This document shows, piece after piece, positions 9,817-22,441 of a stretch of 64,000 bases of DNA. The DNA comes from a virus (taxonomy: Duplodnaviria; Caudoviricetes): IMG/VR virus record IMGVR_UViG_3300013121_000036, positions 1-64,000 of that record; one strand, written 5' to 3'. Numbering within the stretch: the stretch's first letter is position 1; the number at the start of each line of letters is the position of its first letter. A program made the translations under genes and the position numbers. The notes beneath the pieces are model-generated. The model was not told the DNA's origin. It saw only the letters and a list, made by a program, of their open reading frames with translations, and did no database searches.

Positions 9817-9988
9817 TGGGGCACCACTTGGGTGAACACTGCGATGTTGCGCCCGTCAGAGACATCCTTGGTGACCACGTAGACCCAGGTGTTGTTGCCA
9901 GCATCCACCTTCTTGATCTCGTCGCCGACAGAGACCTGGGTCACGACTTCACCGCCGAACTCGCCGCCTGATAGTATAGCGTCTACCA

Positions 9989-9989
<1 letters not shown>
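9813..9989 (-). CDS. hypothetical protein (58 aa)
   Basis: ATG overlaps the upstream TTA (TTATG); MVDAILSGGEFGG... Confidence 0.6.
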
Positions 9990-12019
<2,030 letters not shown>

Positions 12020-12196
12020 TAAAATGCTAACCCAAACGCCGCCGACGAGCTTCTGGGGAGTTCCCACCTTCCTCGTCCTTACTCTACCCCATACGATGTA
12101 GAACGTGTCAGGAGGAGCGCCTCCGTTGGCAAGAGGAGGGATCTCGACCTCGGACACGTTCAAGTACACTGGGTTAGGTGGTTTCGTCTCACTCAT
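12020..12196 (-). CDS. hypothetical protein (58 aa); ends at TTA
   Basis: In the standard code it runs 254 aa, out of frame across the collagen gene. TTA at 12022-12020 ends it 31 nt before that gene. Confidence 0.6.
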
Positions 12197-13122
12197 GGCA
12201 CCGGAGTCCCTGTGGCATCAACCCATCCTCCGGCACCATCGTACCATATGGGGAAAGGGGGCGGGTGAGAGGCGCCGGAAGTCTCGAAGAACGTGCATCC
12301 GGTAGATAGCTGCGAAGGCGGCCCAAACGGCGCGATTGGGCGGAAAGACGAGGCTCCGCTGCCTCCGCAAGTACCAAACGGAGCGTTGATGATGGCGCCA
12401 GCAAAGGATGGCATTGCGAAGGGGAAGGCTATGCCTCCGTCATGTTCGAGTATGAGCGCCGTTCCAACAGCCAAGGCGGGCGTCTGAACCATGGCTGGGT
12501 CGAGAGGTTGCGACGGGTTGATCTGGTCAAAGACGACGAGCAGAGTGAACCCGAACGCCGCTGCCGTGGTGCCACACATGATAAAAGGCTGCCCCGAGTC
12601 TGATCTGAACGAGCCTCCCGCAAGAGCGATGACTGCCATCCCAGAGTCAGGCGTCTGTACGATGGGGGCAGTCCCAGCCGCCGCAACGACAGCGTTCACG
12701 CCGACTCGATACACCGGAGGCTGAGTAACCTCGATAGGGTCGTTGACCCAAGCGTTTGGGCTGGAGTTGTTGAACTCAAGAACGAGAGGGCCGGTGGGGA
12801 GCCACAGGTTCCTCAGCACAGCGCCATCCTGAATCTGGATGGTGTTGATAGTCGGATCCCCATTCTTCGGGGCAACGATGATGGCGCCGTCTTCTCCCAG
12901 GTAGTGAGTCCCCGCAGGGATCACCAGAGGCGGGTCTCCCGTCTGCTGGGAGACCTCGATAACAGAAGCTCCCGAGCGCTCGTTGCTGCGAACAGCAGCC
13001 ATGACCTCCGACCATGTTCGTGCCGTGCCCCTGCCGGCGGGAGACCAGTAGATCGGCCTCTCCGCCGTCTTGCCAAAGATCGGAACCCAGCCAGGGTTGG
13101 ACACATACAGAACGGAGGACAC
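12193..13122 (-). CDS. probable fibre/spike protein (start uncertain)
   Basis: C-terminal part of the 1124-aa track ORF. Begins with VSSxxYVxxPGWVPIF, which is shared with the collagen protein's N-terminus. Confidence 0.65.
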   Translation of the reverse strand: MSSVLYVSNPGWVPIFGKTAERPIYWSPAGRGTARTWSEVMAAVRSNERSGASVIEVSQQTGDPPLVIPAGTHYLGEDGAIIVAPKNGDPTINTIQIQDGAVLRNLWLPTGPLVLEFNNSSPNAWVNDPIEVTQPPVYRVGVNAVVAAAGTAPIVQTPDSGMAVIALAGGSFRSDSGQPFIMCGTTAAAFGFTLLVVFDQINPSQPLDPAMVQTPALAVGTALILEHDGGIAFPFAMPSFAGAIINAPFGTCGGSGASSFRPIAPFGPPSQLSTGCTFFETSGASHPPPFPIWYDGAGGWVDATGTPVP

Positions 13123-13200
13123 ACTTTGATGGATGCCATGCGCAACCAGACCGAGCCAAAAGCGAACTTGGTCTGACCAGTTCGTTGCGCAAGGATTGCG

Positions 13201-15567
13201 TAACGATGCCTTGACGGCGTCCCACACCTCGGCCATCCACTGCTCGGCGGCGGCCATGTCCCATGGGCCATCCTTGGAAACGACCTGCGCGATCAGGCAC
13301 GCATTCGTCGCGTCGACCCACTCGATGACCTTCTTCGCGGTGTCGCCAGCGACCTCCACGAACTTGGCCGCGAAGTCCTTTGGACTGGCACCAGAGCTGT
13401 AGGCGGCCTCCGCATTCGTCACGAAGGTGACGAGGAACTCTTGCGGGAACGGCATCTGCCCGTTGACCTTGATGCGAGCAAGGAGTGCGCGCCGCCGCTC
13501 CGCTTCCTCTGGCGGGATCTCTCCCTGCACAGGAGGCTCCGGCGGGGGGGCAGCCTCAGCGGGAGGAGATGGCTGCGGAGCCGGCGATGGGTTTTGCTGC
13601 ATCGGCGCCTGCTGAGACTGGGGCCTGCCAGGGTATGACCTTTGCTTGGCCTGAGGCGCCTCGGGCTGTGGCTGGGGCTGGGGAGCCCTTGGCGGGGCTG
13701 ATGGCAAGGCCGGCGCCTGGCCAGGCATCTTCGGCATGGCCCCGCCGAGCCCCCCCAGCAGGAGCGGAGCGAGGGCCGGAGCGAGCTTGGGGAGGGCGTC
13801 CGCCAGACCCTTGGCGATCATCTGCTTCGCGCTCGGCTCGCTGGGCTCTTCAGAGCCCTTCGCGTACCCGAGGAGAGATGCCTTCGCGTCCAGCTCTTGA
13901 AGCTGATCGAGGAACGGCTTGTTGACCTCGGCGTTGAGCCGGTCGACCTTGTCTGAGAGCGTCGAGTTCTCGGCCCTCAGGCGGTTCAGTTCCATGTTGA
14001 GCTGCTCGACGACGAGCTGGTGAGAGCGCTCCAGCGCTCTCATGTCGCGCTCGTGCTCTTTCCTGGCAGCCTCCATGTCGCGCTCGCGATCGGCCTTGAT
14101 CGACGCGATCTCCCTGGCCGCATCACCCTTCGCGGTGGCAAGGTCGCGCTCACGTCGCTCCTCGGCGTCCTTGACACGACGCTCCGAAGTGTCGGTCAGG
14201 AAGCGCTCCCGGCGTTCCATGTCGCCGCGCAGCATCGACTCTCTCTCGGTGAACGACTTTCGCTCGTTCTCCAGACGCATCTCGAACGTTCGTGACATCT
14301 CGGAGACGTCAGCCCGGTGCCTCGCCTCGGCTCGCTCCAATGCGTCTCGGTGAGCCGAGTCGGTGCGCTCCATGCGCCTCTCGTAGTCGTCCCTCAGCCT
14401 CGCCAGCTCGTTCTCCTTCGCGGAGAGCCTCGTCTCGAAGTCGGCCCTCATACGAACGACATCTTCCGAGCTTCCCTTCTGCTCCACCAGAGCCTGGACG
14501 ATGCGAGACGTGGGGCTCTCGTCGGCCAGCTTCGACAGCCTGGCCTCGATCTCCCTCCGCGCCTCTCGCTCGTCTTGGAGCTGCCGCTGAAGGATCTCGA
14601 CCTGACTCCTGGCACCCTCCTTTGCGGAGTCGATGGCGGCCGTCGACATGTCGCTCAAGAGCTTGACGGTGACGTTGTCGGTTGCCGCCGAAGATGGCTG
14701 CCTTGACGAGGTGTCTATCATCTTCGTGATGATGGGAGCGAACGCCTTGACGACCTCGCTGTCCGCCTTTGCCGACGCCACGGCAGCGGGCCACCCGCTC
14801 GGTTGTGGCATCCCGTAGTTGGGCATGTACGACTGGCTCATCTGTTCCTCTTGCTGCACAGGGATGCCAAGGTTTGGAGGCCCTGGGAATCGGAGTTGGA
14901 CGGTTGCATGTTTGACCACGCGAGGCATCCCGTTGATGTCGAGCGGACCCCTCGTTGCAGGACCGTACACGAGTATCTCATACGCGGAGCCGCCGTACCT
15001 GATGGCGAATTCCTCGTCGCTCATCCACCCGGTCGTGCCGAGGAAGCCGCCGACGTCGATGCCTCCCATCTTCGTCGGCTGAGTGCGCCTCACGTGCAGG
15101 TACCACCCGGAGGCAGGCTGCTTCAGGTCAGGAAAAGCGGTGGCCAAGTCGGCCATCGACTCGACCTTCGCCCTTCCCTTCTGCAACGCCTTCTGCTGCG
15201 CCCTCTGCTTCCACTCGTTGGCGCCCTGCTCTTCGTCGTAGACTTGAGCGGCCATCGGGTTCGGAGTGGCAGAAAATGCCCTCAGAATGTCGTCCGCCTC
15301 GTCCTCTGAGGCAAGCAGTGGAGCGGTGTTGGCAATCACCTCAGGCTCGACGACTGGAGCCGCGGCTACATTTGGAATTTGTGGCGGCGGCTCGCTCGTG
15401 TCGGCGGGGAGTGGTGCGTCTGACTCGGTGGACGACACGGCCTCCACCACGGTGGGCTGCTCCTGCTGAGCGCCTCGCCGCTTCAACCGCACCATCTTCT
15501 GCTTCGGCTGAGGCACCTCTTCAAGCAGATCGCCAGCCTCGGCAAGATGGTCGCTGAGCGTGCTCAC
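13201..15567 (-). CDS. large coiled-coil/Pro-rich protein (788 aa); ends at TTA
   Basis: Long E/R-rich coiled coil and Pro/Gln linker; TTA at 13203-13201 separates it from a compositionally unrelated gene. Confidence 0.75.
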
Positions 15568-16043
15568 CCCTCGTCCTCTTCGTCGTCCTCGTCCTCGTCT
15601 CCTCCCAGGTCGGCGAGGCGTTGCTGGGCAGAGACGATCTTGTCCATGACAGATCGGAGTGCCTCCACGCTCTCGGGAGGCGCGTCCTTCGCCTGATCGA
15701 TGCCGGACTGGATCACCATGGCGGCAGAGGAAAGGGCGTCACCGATCATGTTGTAGCTCTCGACGTCGATGCCACCGTCGCCATCGTCGTTGTCCATGAG
15801 AGCGGCCACTTGCGCCTCAAGCAACTCGAACTTGACGGCTGATGCCTTGACGAAGCCGCACAGCAAAGGGATCAGGCTGTCAGCCACACGCCCTTGGAGC
15901 TTGCTGGAGTCCGCCGAACGGATCTTGTCGCGCTCGTCAGAAAGGCGGCCAAAGACCTTCGTCAGGGCCTTCTGGTCGTCCATCGGCAGTTCGTCTGAGA
16001 TGCCGTCTTCGGGGAGATTCCACTTTGGTGCAACCATGTTCAC
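15564..16043 (-). CDS. acidic helical hypothetical protein
   Basis: GGAG SD, GTGA coupling, D/E tail. Confidence 0.75.
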   Translation of the reverse strand: MNMVAPKWNLPEDGISDELPMDDQKALTKVFGRLSDERDKIRSADSSKLQGRVADSLIPLLCGFVKASAVKFELLEAQVAALMDNDDGDGGIDVESYNMIGDALSSAAMVIQSGIDQAKDAPPESVEALRSVMDKIVSAQQRLADLGGDEDEDDEEDEG

Positions 16044-16837
16044 TTCTCCTTGCTGTCTTCGATCTCGACAAGGGGCACACCCTGTCGCTCTCTGCCCTGT
16101 TGCTTCTTCGCTTCGTCCTTCAGCTCAAGCATTTCGATGCCCCTCGGATCAGGCGGCATCCTTGACTCGCAAGCCACGATGGCTTCGTCTGTCAGAGACA
16201 TCCTGGCCCCGCCGACGCTCTTGTAGGCGCCGCAGAACCTCATCATGGGAGTGGCCGGCTTTCCGGCGTTGTCGATCGTCGCGTCGATGAGCGCGAACCT
16301 TGAATAGTGGATGCACTTCGGTCGCACGGGACGAACGGGGCACAAGATCGCGCCGGCAGCTCCAACAGCCCATCGCGTTCCCCACTTGACCACGGTCTGA
16401 TCGATGGAGAACGAGCGACGGGTGCACTCGACGCCGTCTTTGTCGAAGCGACTCCTCGTGCTCTGCTCGACGACGTGCTTGGGGGGTGCGACGTCTTTCC
16501 TGAGGAACTTTGCCATGTCTCGCAGGGCGTCCACGTACAGGGTCTCGTCACGGAACACCTCGACCCACTTCCTCCTGTCCTCCATACAGACGAGGGTGTC
16601 CTCGTTGAGAGGCTGGTTGTCCTCTCGATACGGCACGTCGGCCGGACGAGGGAGGTTGTCGTTCGGGTCGACGACGATCGGCGTGGCCTGCCCAGGGAAG
16701 GCGTCAAAATGGTGGTCGGCCGTCTCGAACCCGATCTCGTCGTTGCCTGCCTCAGAAACGGGGAAGGCGATCTCTTGGGTCGTGGCCGCGACCCTCTTCT
16801 CATCCTCTCCGAGGAGGTCGTCATCTTTCTCCGACAT
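16040..16837 (-). CDS. hypothetical protein
   Basis: MSEKDDDLL...; the upstream part of the track ORF is antisense to the helicase. Confidence 0.7.
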   Translation of the reverse strand: MSEKDDDLLGEDEKRVAATTQEIAFPVSEAGNDEIGFETADHHFDAFPGQATPIVVDPNDNLPRPADVPYREDNQPLNEDTLVCMEDRRKWVEVFRDETLYVDALRDMAKFLRKDVAPPKHVVEQSTRSRFDKDGVECTRRSFSIDQTVVKWGTRWAVGAAGAILCPVRPVRPKCIHYSRFALIDATIDNAGKPATPMMRFCGAYKSVGGARMSLTDEAIVACESRMPPDPRGIEMLELKDEAKKQQGRERQGVPLVEIEDSKEK

Positions 16838-16912
16838 GTCGGGCAACGTAGCCCGACTGGCCACATGTTGCAAGACCCCCATGAACCGCCTACAGTAGAG
16901 CTTGGACAAAAG

Positions 16913-18268
16913 ATGAAACTCGTGCCTCGCGACTATCAGCAGGCGTGCCTTGAAGCGTGCCGAAATTCGGTCGTCCAGCAGCGAAGGAAGGGACACAGGA
17001 CCCAGAGCGTGTGCATCGTCTCGCCCACCGGCTCGGGAAAGAGCCTCATGGGCGCTATGTTCGCTCACGGCGCTGTCACGAAGGGCAAGAGGGTGCTGTG
17101 GAACGCCAACCGTAGGGAGTTGATAGGGCAGGCGTACGAAACCATCACGACGGTGAGCCCGTTCGATGTGGGGGTCATCTGTCCAGGCACCAAGAGGAGC
17201 AACGCCGAGGCAAGCATCCAGGTGGCATCGTTCGACACCCTGCGCGCCCGTAACCTCACGCCTCCCGCCGACATCATCATCTGGGATGAGTGCCACCACG
17301 TGGCTGCCAAGACGTGGGAGACCTTCGCCGCCAAGTACCCAGACGCCATCCACCTGGGGCTGACTGCGACTCCAGAGAGGGCGGACGGAAAACCGCTCAA
17401 GACGTTCAACGACCTCGTCGTGGCCGCCACGATCGGAGACCTCACGGCGCGAGGGTACCTCGTCCCGTGCGAGGTCGTTGGACCTCCGTCGACCATCAAG
17501 TCCGGCTCTGTTGCGTGGGACGAGGTAGACGCCTGGAAGAGCTACGCAGGGGGGCAGCAGACCGTCGTGTTTTGCTCGAACGTGAACCACGCGAAGAACC
17601 TTTCGGCGCGCTTCATGGAGGCTGGCATCAGCTCTGGCTACGTCCACGGTGCCATGGGTATCAACGAGCGAGCCAAGGTGGTCGATGCGTTCAAGCGCGG
17701 ATCCATCACCGTGCTCTGCAACGTGTTCTGCCTGACCGAGGGCTTCGACCACAGGGCCACGGCTGTCTGCATGATAGCAAGAACATGTGGCAGTGAGGGC
17801 ATGTACCTTCAGATGGTAGGCCGCGCCCTGCGTCCAGAGCAGGGCAAGGACAAGGCCGTTCTCATCGACCTGCACGGTGTAGTGCACAAGTTCGGGCTCC
17901 CAGACGAGGATCGAGAGTTCTCGCTTGACAATGGCATACAGAGGAAGAAGGATGCCTCCTCTGTGGCCCTGAAGACGTGCCCCAACTCATGGTGCTGCGC
18001 CGTCCTGCCCCCGAGCACACCAAAGTGCCCGAGGTGCGGACATGTGTTTGCCTCGGAGGCTCCGCCACTTCCATCAAACGCCGAGGTTGGCATCTCCATG
18101 GCCGTCGAGATCGTTGACTCGCCAGACAGGCGTAGGAAGTACAACGACCTGCTCGTGTCTGCCGCAAGCCGCGGGTACAAGCCAGGATGGGCCGCGCACA
18201 TGTTCAAGTCACAGTACGGTCACTGGCCGCTTCGCTCGTGGGCAGAACCATCACTGGTGAGGGTATGA
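16913..18268 (+). CDS. superfamily 2 (DExH) helicase with C-terminal Zn ribbon
   Basis: SPTGSGKS, DECHH, GLTATP, LTEGFD, QMVGRALR, CPxxxC..CPRCG. Confidence 0.95.
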   Translation: MKLVPRDYQQACLEACRNSVVQQRRKGHRTQSVCIVSPTGSGKSLMGAMFAHGAVTKGKRVLWNANRRELIGQAYETITTVSPFDVGVICPGTKRSNAEASIQVASFDTLRARNLTPPADIIIWDECHHVAAKTWETFAAKYPDAIHLGLTATPERADGKPLKTFNDLVVAATIGDLTARGYLVPCEVVGPPSTIKSGSVAWDEVDAWKSYAGGQQTVVFCSNVNHAKNLSARFMEAGISSGYVHGAMGINERAKVVDAFKRGSITVLCNVFCLTEGFDHRATAVCMIARTCGSEGMYLQMVGRALRPEQGKDKAVLIDLHGVVHKFGLPDEDREFSLDNGIQRKKDASSVALKTCPNSWCCAVLPPSTPKCPRCGHVFASEAPPLPSNAEVGISMAVEIVDSPDRRRKYNDLLVSAASRGYKPGWAAHMFKSQYGHWPLRSWAEPSLVRV

Positions 18269-18269
18269 C

Positions 18270-20981
18270 GTGAGCAACGAGAGCTGGCTGAGGAACGCCG
18301 TTTCCAACGGAACGGTTGAGATTCTGGTGGGAACCCCCGATACGGATGGCGGGCTCTCAGTGTGGTTTTCACCCAAAGTTGGGGCCAGAACGACAGCGCA
18401 CCACGCGGATACCTCCGCCCGGTTGGAGGTGCTGTACAACGGCAGCGTCGGACACCGCGGGTGGATACCGCCAAGGGATGGATACAAGGCGCTCGGGGAG
18501 ACGATATCTTTCCACGATGCCGTCAAAGTTCTGGCGTCCATGCAATCCCACATGGGCAGGATAGCTTCCTCTGTTCACGTGGACGGCGCTCTTCGAAGCC
18601 TTTCGAGCAGGGAACTTTCTCCTTTTAGTGAGGCTCTGGCGGACGGCATCTGCTCGATAACAGGCGCAATCCAACACAAGAACAATGACGCATCCACGTC
18701 TTTCGTCATCTTCGGTGAAGGCCGAATGATCGTCTATGAAGGTGGTTGCAAGATCCATGTTTTTCTACGCGGCGGCAACAACGGATTTCCAGAAGAGCTG
18801 TGCGTCTCGCTCAACGACGACACACCAATGCCAGTTGTCGACGCATTTGGAAGGGACATCCTTGGTTGGTCCAGATACATACCATACTGGGTCCGACAGT
18901 GCCTGAGGGAGTCTACAGATGGTCCAGTCTGTTGCTTCCGAGACAGCGTCAAGGTGTCGGCCCTTCTGGAGGGCAAGGATGGCAGCCTGGCCTCAGACAT
19001 ATGGGAAGGGCAAGCCGCGACAAGGAACAGAAAACGCACGATGACAGAGGTTGCAGACGCCGTGGAGATGATGTGCGGAGCCGTCGCGCATGGCAAGGAG
19101 CACGCATACGGCATCTTCAATGGCGACGGTCTGGTGATCGCCTCGAACTATGGCTACGTGATGCTCTTGTCCGGCTCCGTGGTGAAGGTTTTCTACGCCC
19201 CGCTGAGAGGCCGGTGGGCCGCCAGTGTCCCCACAGTAACATCATCAAAGTTTCAACCCGGTGCGGGCACCATCTTGCCTGCCTTGAACGCTCTTTCGTT
19301 GGCCGGCGTTGACTGTTCAGGATTTGTTGATAAGGTCATAGCAAAGTGCGTGGAAGGATCTGAAGTGCGCCACGTCTGCGAAACTTGGAAAACGTGGAAG
19401 GAGAACAACGTGTCGGAACTGACTCAGACGCAACTCAACTCGATCGCCAACCAGCTTGCTGCCAAGGTCGATGCCTCTATCGAGAAGAAGATGGCAGCGT
19501 TCGAGGAAAGGCTGCTCAAGGGCGCCAGGGACGCGGTCATGGACGCGGTCATGGACGCGGTCTTGATACAGGAAACGGCCGAAGATGAACCGGGGGCGGC
19601 CGAAGATGAACCGGAGGCGGCCGAAGATGAACCGGAGGCGGCCGAAGATGAACCGGATCCTGCGAGCCAGGAGATGTCAAGCGAAGAGCTTGCTGAAGCC
19701 GTCGCCGATGTCGTCGTGAGAAGGCTGCGCGCGAACAAGCAGCCCAGCGATGGGTCCAGGCCGGAGATGGAGGACCAAGGGTTCTTGGATACCAAGACCG
19801 CCTTGAGGGCGCTAGCCGCCAAGGACTCCCCGCCGTTCCCACAGTGGGCGGAATTCGTGGCTTCCAACGGCGTGCTCATTCAATATCCCCAAAAGGATAC
19901 GGATGCTCTTCGCAAGTGGGACGGTCAGCTTCTCGTCTCGGTCAAGAACATCACGCCAGGAACGGAGACGGTGACTTTCACCGGGTCTGTGCCCGGCCAT
20001 TTCCAGGTGTCATCGACAACGTCAGTGCGAGCGACGCGAAGGGGAGAGCTGTGGGGCGCAGGCCAGCCGGCCGTCATTCAAGAGGCCATCCTTGAGTTCC
20101 GAGACAGCGTCGACACTTCATTCTTCGAGCCAAGGCTGAGGGAACTAAGGGCGGCTTATGGGATGTCACATGTTGGAGACGTTGACGTCTTCTTCACCGC
20201 AGACCACAACCTGTGGGACGGAACGGTCTCCATGCGGAGGACGGAAGACGATCCTGTCTTCTTCATCTTCTCTGGCCCAGAACACAACCTGGCGAAGGTC
20301 TCGTTCAACGTCCTACTTGACAACATCAACGACAAGGATCTACCTTCGTGGGCGAGAGAGTGCCTCGGGAAAGTGATCAGGTGCTTGCCTCAAAAGCACC
20401 AATCCAAGGTAGCGATCGAGATGTGGAGCAAGGTCCACGGCCAAGGAAAAGGAAAGGACACGAACGTGAACATCACCGCCGGTAGCACCGTTGAGACGCC
20501 AGACAGCAAGAGCGTTGCCAGGACCATCGTCCAGGCAGCAAAGACCGAGGCCCAAGAGGCCGCCATGCGCACCGCCGTAAGCCAGCTCGTGAAGCTCAGC
20601 GGGGATGCGATCTCGGCGTCGCTCCATCGACACCTCGACCCAGGCGACCCGTCCATGAGGGTCAAGATCGCCGAGTTCATGAAGACGCCGATGGGCAACG
20701 CCATGCTCCGCGCCTTCATCGGAGGAGCCCTCACGGCAGTTCCACTCCCTCTGCCTGAGAAGCACAAGAGCGTCGCAGCAAGCATCGCCAGAGAGCTTCG
20801 CGTCTCTGCCATGAGCGTCGCCTCTGACGAGCTGGTCGACGTCGTCATGGGGCCTCTGCGAGACGTGATGTCCTTCTACCTCCAGGGTCTGGGAGACGAG
20901 GAGGCCGAGCCGAAGCAGCTCCCAAGCGGCTCTGTCGACGTCCCAGGCATCAGTGTCGCGGAGGCCGTGGCGGCCAAATGA
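18270..20981 (+). CDS. large multidomain hypothetical protein
   Basis: 903-aa open frame with AEDEPE repeats and internal SD+start sites. Confidence 0.65.
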   Translation: MSNESWLRNAVSNGTVEILVGTPDTDGGLSVWFSPKVGARTTAHHADTSARLEVLYNGSVGHRGWIPPRDGYKALGETISFHDAVKVLASMQSHMGRIASSVHVDGALRSLSSRELSPFSEALADGICSITGAIQHKNNDASTSFVIFGEGRMIVYEGGCKIHVFLRGGNNGFPEELCVSLNDDTPMPVVDAFGRDILGWSRYIPYWVRQCLRESTDGPVCCFRDSVKVSALLEGKDGSLASDIWEGQAATRNRKRTMTEVADAVEMMCGAVAHGKEHAYGIFNGDGLVIASNYGYVMLLSGSVVKVFYAPLRGRWAASVPTVTSSKFQPGAGTILPALNALSLAGVDCSGFVDKVIAKCVEGSEVRHVCETWKTWKENNVSELTQTQLNSIANQLAAKVDASIEKKMAAFEERLLKGARDAVMDAVMDAVLIQETAEDEPGAAEDEPEAAEDEPEAAEDEPDPASQEMSSEELAEAVADVVVRRLRANKQPSDGSRPEMEDQGFLDTKTALRALAAKDSPPFPQWAEFVASNGVLIQYPQKDTDALRKWDGQLLVSVKNITPGTETVTFTGSVPGHFQVSSTTSVRATRRGELWGAGQPAVIQEAILEFRDSVDTSFFEPRLRELRAAYGMSHVGDVDVFFTADHNLWDGTVSMRRTEDDPVFFIFSGPEHNLAKVSFNVLLDNINDKDLPSWARECLGKVIRCLPQKHQSKVAIEMWSKVHGQGKGKDTNVNITAGSTVETPDSKSVARTIVQAAKTEAQEAAMRTAVSQLVKLSGDAISASLHRHLDPGDPSMRVKIAEFMKTPMGNAMLRAFIGGALTAVPLPLPEKHKSVAASIARELRVSAMSVASDELVDVVMGPLRDVMSFYLQGLGDEEAEPKQLPSGSVDVPGISVAEAVAAK
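19576..19656 (+). repeat. 21-bp tandem repeat x4 (AAEDEPE)
   Basis: gcggccgaagatgaaccggag units. Confidence 0.9.
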
Positions 20982-21313
20982 GAGGCTTCGTCGACAAGAG
21001 CCGCAGCGTGGTGCGCAGGGTCGGCGAGATCATGGTCTGGATGAAGGACGGGTTCGCCCCCAGCCAGAACGACGTGGTCTACATCGCAGAGCTGTGCACC
21101 GGGAAACGCGGGGCTGGGCCTTGGTCGGAGGCTTTGAAGCGAGCCTCTGGCCACCTTTCCGTCGTCATCGACGCTTCGAGGCGAACGAACGGACAGTGGG
21201 CCGCAGACGACTCCGCGAGGGAGCACTGGAGGCAGGCCAGGGAAGAGATGGAGCGCTTCGCCTCCAAGGGAAGTCCGCTCGACAGCCCCGCCTTCAAGGT
21301 GCTCTGGTCATGA
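20978..21313 (+). CDS. hypothetical protein
   Basis: ATGA-coupled. Confidence 0.65.
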   Translation: MRGFVDKSRSVVRRVGEIMVWMKDGFAPSQNDVVYIAELCTGKRGAGPWSEALKRASGHLSVVIDASRRTNGQWAADDSAREHWRQAREEMERFASKGSPLDSPAFKVLWS

Positions 21314-21813
21314 GGAACATGTCGGCGAACCGGCTCTTCACCGAGCCGTTTCAGATGGAGTTCCTTATCTCCGGCGCTCCGCTCGTGACCAAGCAAGACA
21401 TGGAGAGCGTTCTCGAACACGAAGACCTCGTGAGGATCGCCGAGGAGCTTGCTGAGTGCCAAGATCCAGACATGGAGAAGGGCTTGGACCTTGTCAGAGC
21501 CATCTTCGTCAGGCGAGTTGCCGTGGCTGCTGGCAGAATGGCGAAGACGAACGCCACCTTTTCGCCTGCAAAGGTGAACGTGTCTTGCCTCGGTGACAAG
21601 AGGAGCCTTGGCAGGAGGATCAGGGCACTTCGCCTGGAAGAGTCGGACGTCGAGCTTTGCGGTGCCACGAAGTCCGTCTTGAGAGAGGCGCGCCGGGCTT
21701 TCAGGGCGGTGAGGAATTTGCAGATGTCGATTCCTAAAAACCTTCTCGTGATCGGTGGATTGCAGGTGTCTCTGCTTTTGGGAGCCTGTTACTTGTTCGG
21801 GAGGAGAACATGA
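21310..21813 (+). CDS. hypothetical protein with C-terminal TM
   Basis: ATGA-coupled. Confidence 0.6.
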   Translation: MRNMSANRLFTEPFQMEFLISGAPLVTKQDMESVLEHEDLVRIAEELAECQDPDMEKGLDLVRAIFVRRVAVAAGRMAKTNATFSPAKVNVSCLGDKRSLGRRIRALRLEESDVELCGATKSVLREARRAFRAVRNLQMSIPKNLLVIGGLQVSLLLGACYLFGRRT

Positions 21814-22010
21814 GCGACCCCAACAGCTTTGCATTCAACGACACCATCAAGGAGTTGCGAAAGAAGCTGGAGGACTCGGAAGCAACGGTCCTCAGCCTGG
21901 CGCTCTCCCTTGAGAGGAGCCAGGCAGAAGCCAAGCAGCTCAGGTCCACGGTTGTCGAGCTGACGACGCAGGTCAAGCACCTCCAAGTGTGCCTCAACAG
22001 GAAATCGTGA
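21810..22010 (+). CDS. small coiled-coil protein
   Basis: GGAGG SD, heptad pattern. Confidence 0.65.
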   Translation: MSDPNSFAFNDTIKELRKKLEDSEATVLSLALSLERSQAEAKQLRSTVVELTTQVKHLQVCLNRKS

Positions 22011-22099
22011 CGATACGTTGCCAGTCGTGACCTTACGCTCTGTGAGGGGTTGCGAATTCGGTTCTCCGGGGCCCTTGGGCGTGGAAAGATCAGGCGACC

Positions 22100-22441
22100 G
22101 TGACCGAGACAGACGTTCAGAACCTCATCCGGTTGCGTCTTGGCACTCGTCCAGACCTTCGCCTTTGGCGCAACAACGTTGGCGTTTTTCAGACGCTTGG
22201 AATGAGCCCTCGCAAGGTCAGGTGCGGACTTTGCGAGGGCTCTTCCGATTTGATCGGTGTTCTTCAGCCGGGCGGCAGATTTGTCGCCCTTGAGGTCAAG
22301 ATGCCTGGAAAGAAGCGCTCTCCCGCGCAAGAGGCGTGGCAGAAGGGTGTTCGTGACATGGGAGGGTTCGCCTGTGTTGTGCACAGCGCAGACGAGGCAG
22401 AGGAGGCCATCGAGCGAGCCAAGCAGGGGCTCTCGGAGTGA
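22100..22441 (+). CDS. VRR-NUC family (PD-(D/E)xK) nuclease
   Basis: ETDVQ..LWRNNVG..GSSDLIG..FVALEVK..Q. Confidence 0.9.
   Translation: MTETDVQNLIRLRLGTRPDLRLWRNNVGVFQTLGMSPRKVRCGLCEGSSDLIGVLQPGGRFVALEVKMPGKKRSPAQEAWQKGVRDMGGFACVVHSADEAEEAIERAKQGLSE

Noticed and set aside
12193-15567. Single 1124-aa protein (likewise 26466..28496, 39430..40269, 23912..25678, 48421..49545, 54257..55195, 11432..12196)
   Set aside because: Each is joined or extended through a TTA at a gene boundary. Promoters, SD sequences or overlapped genes lie in the supposed extension.
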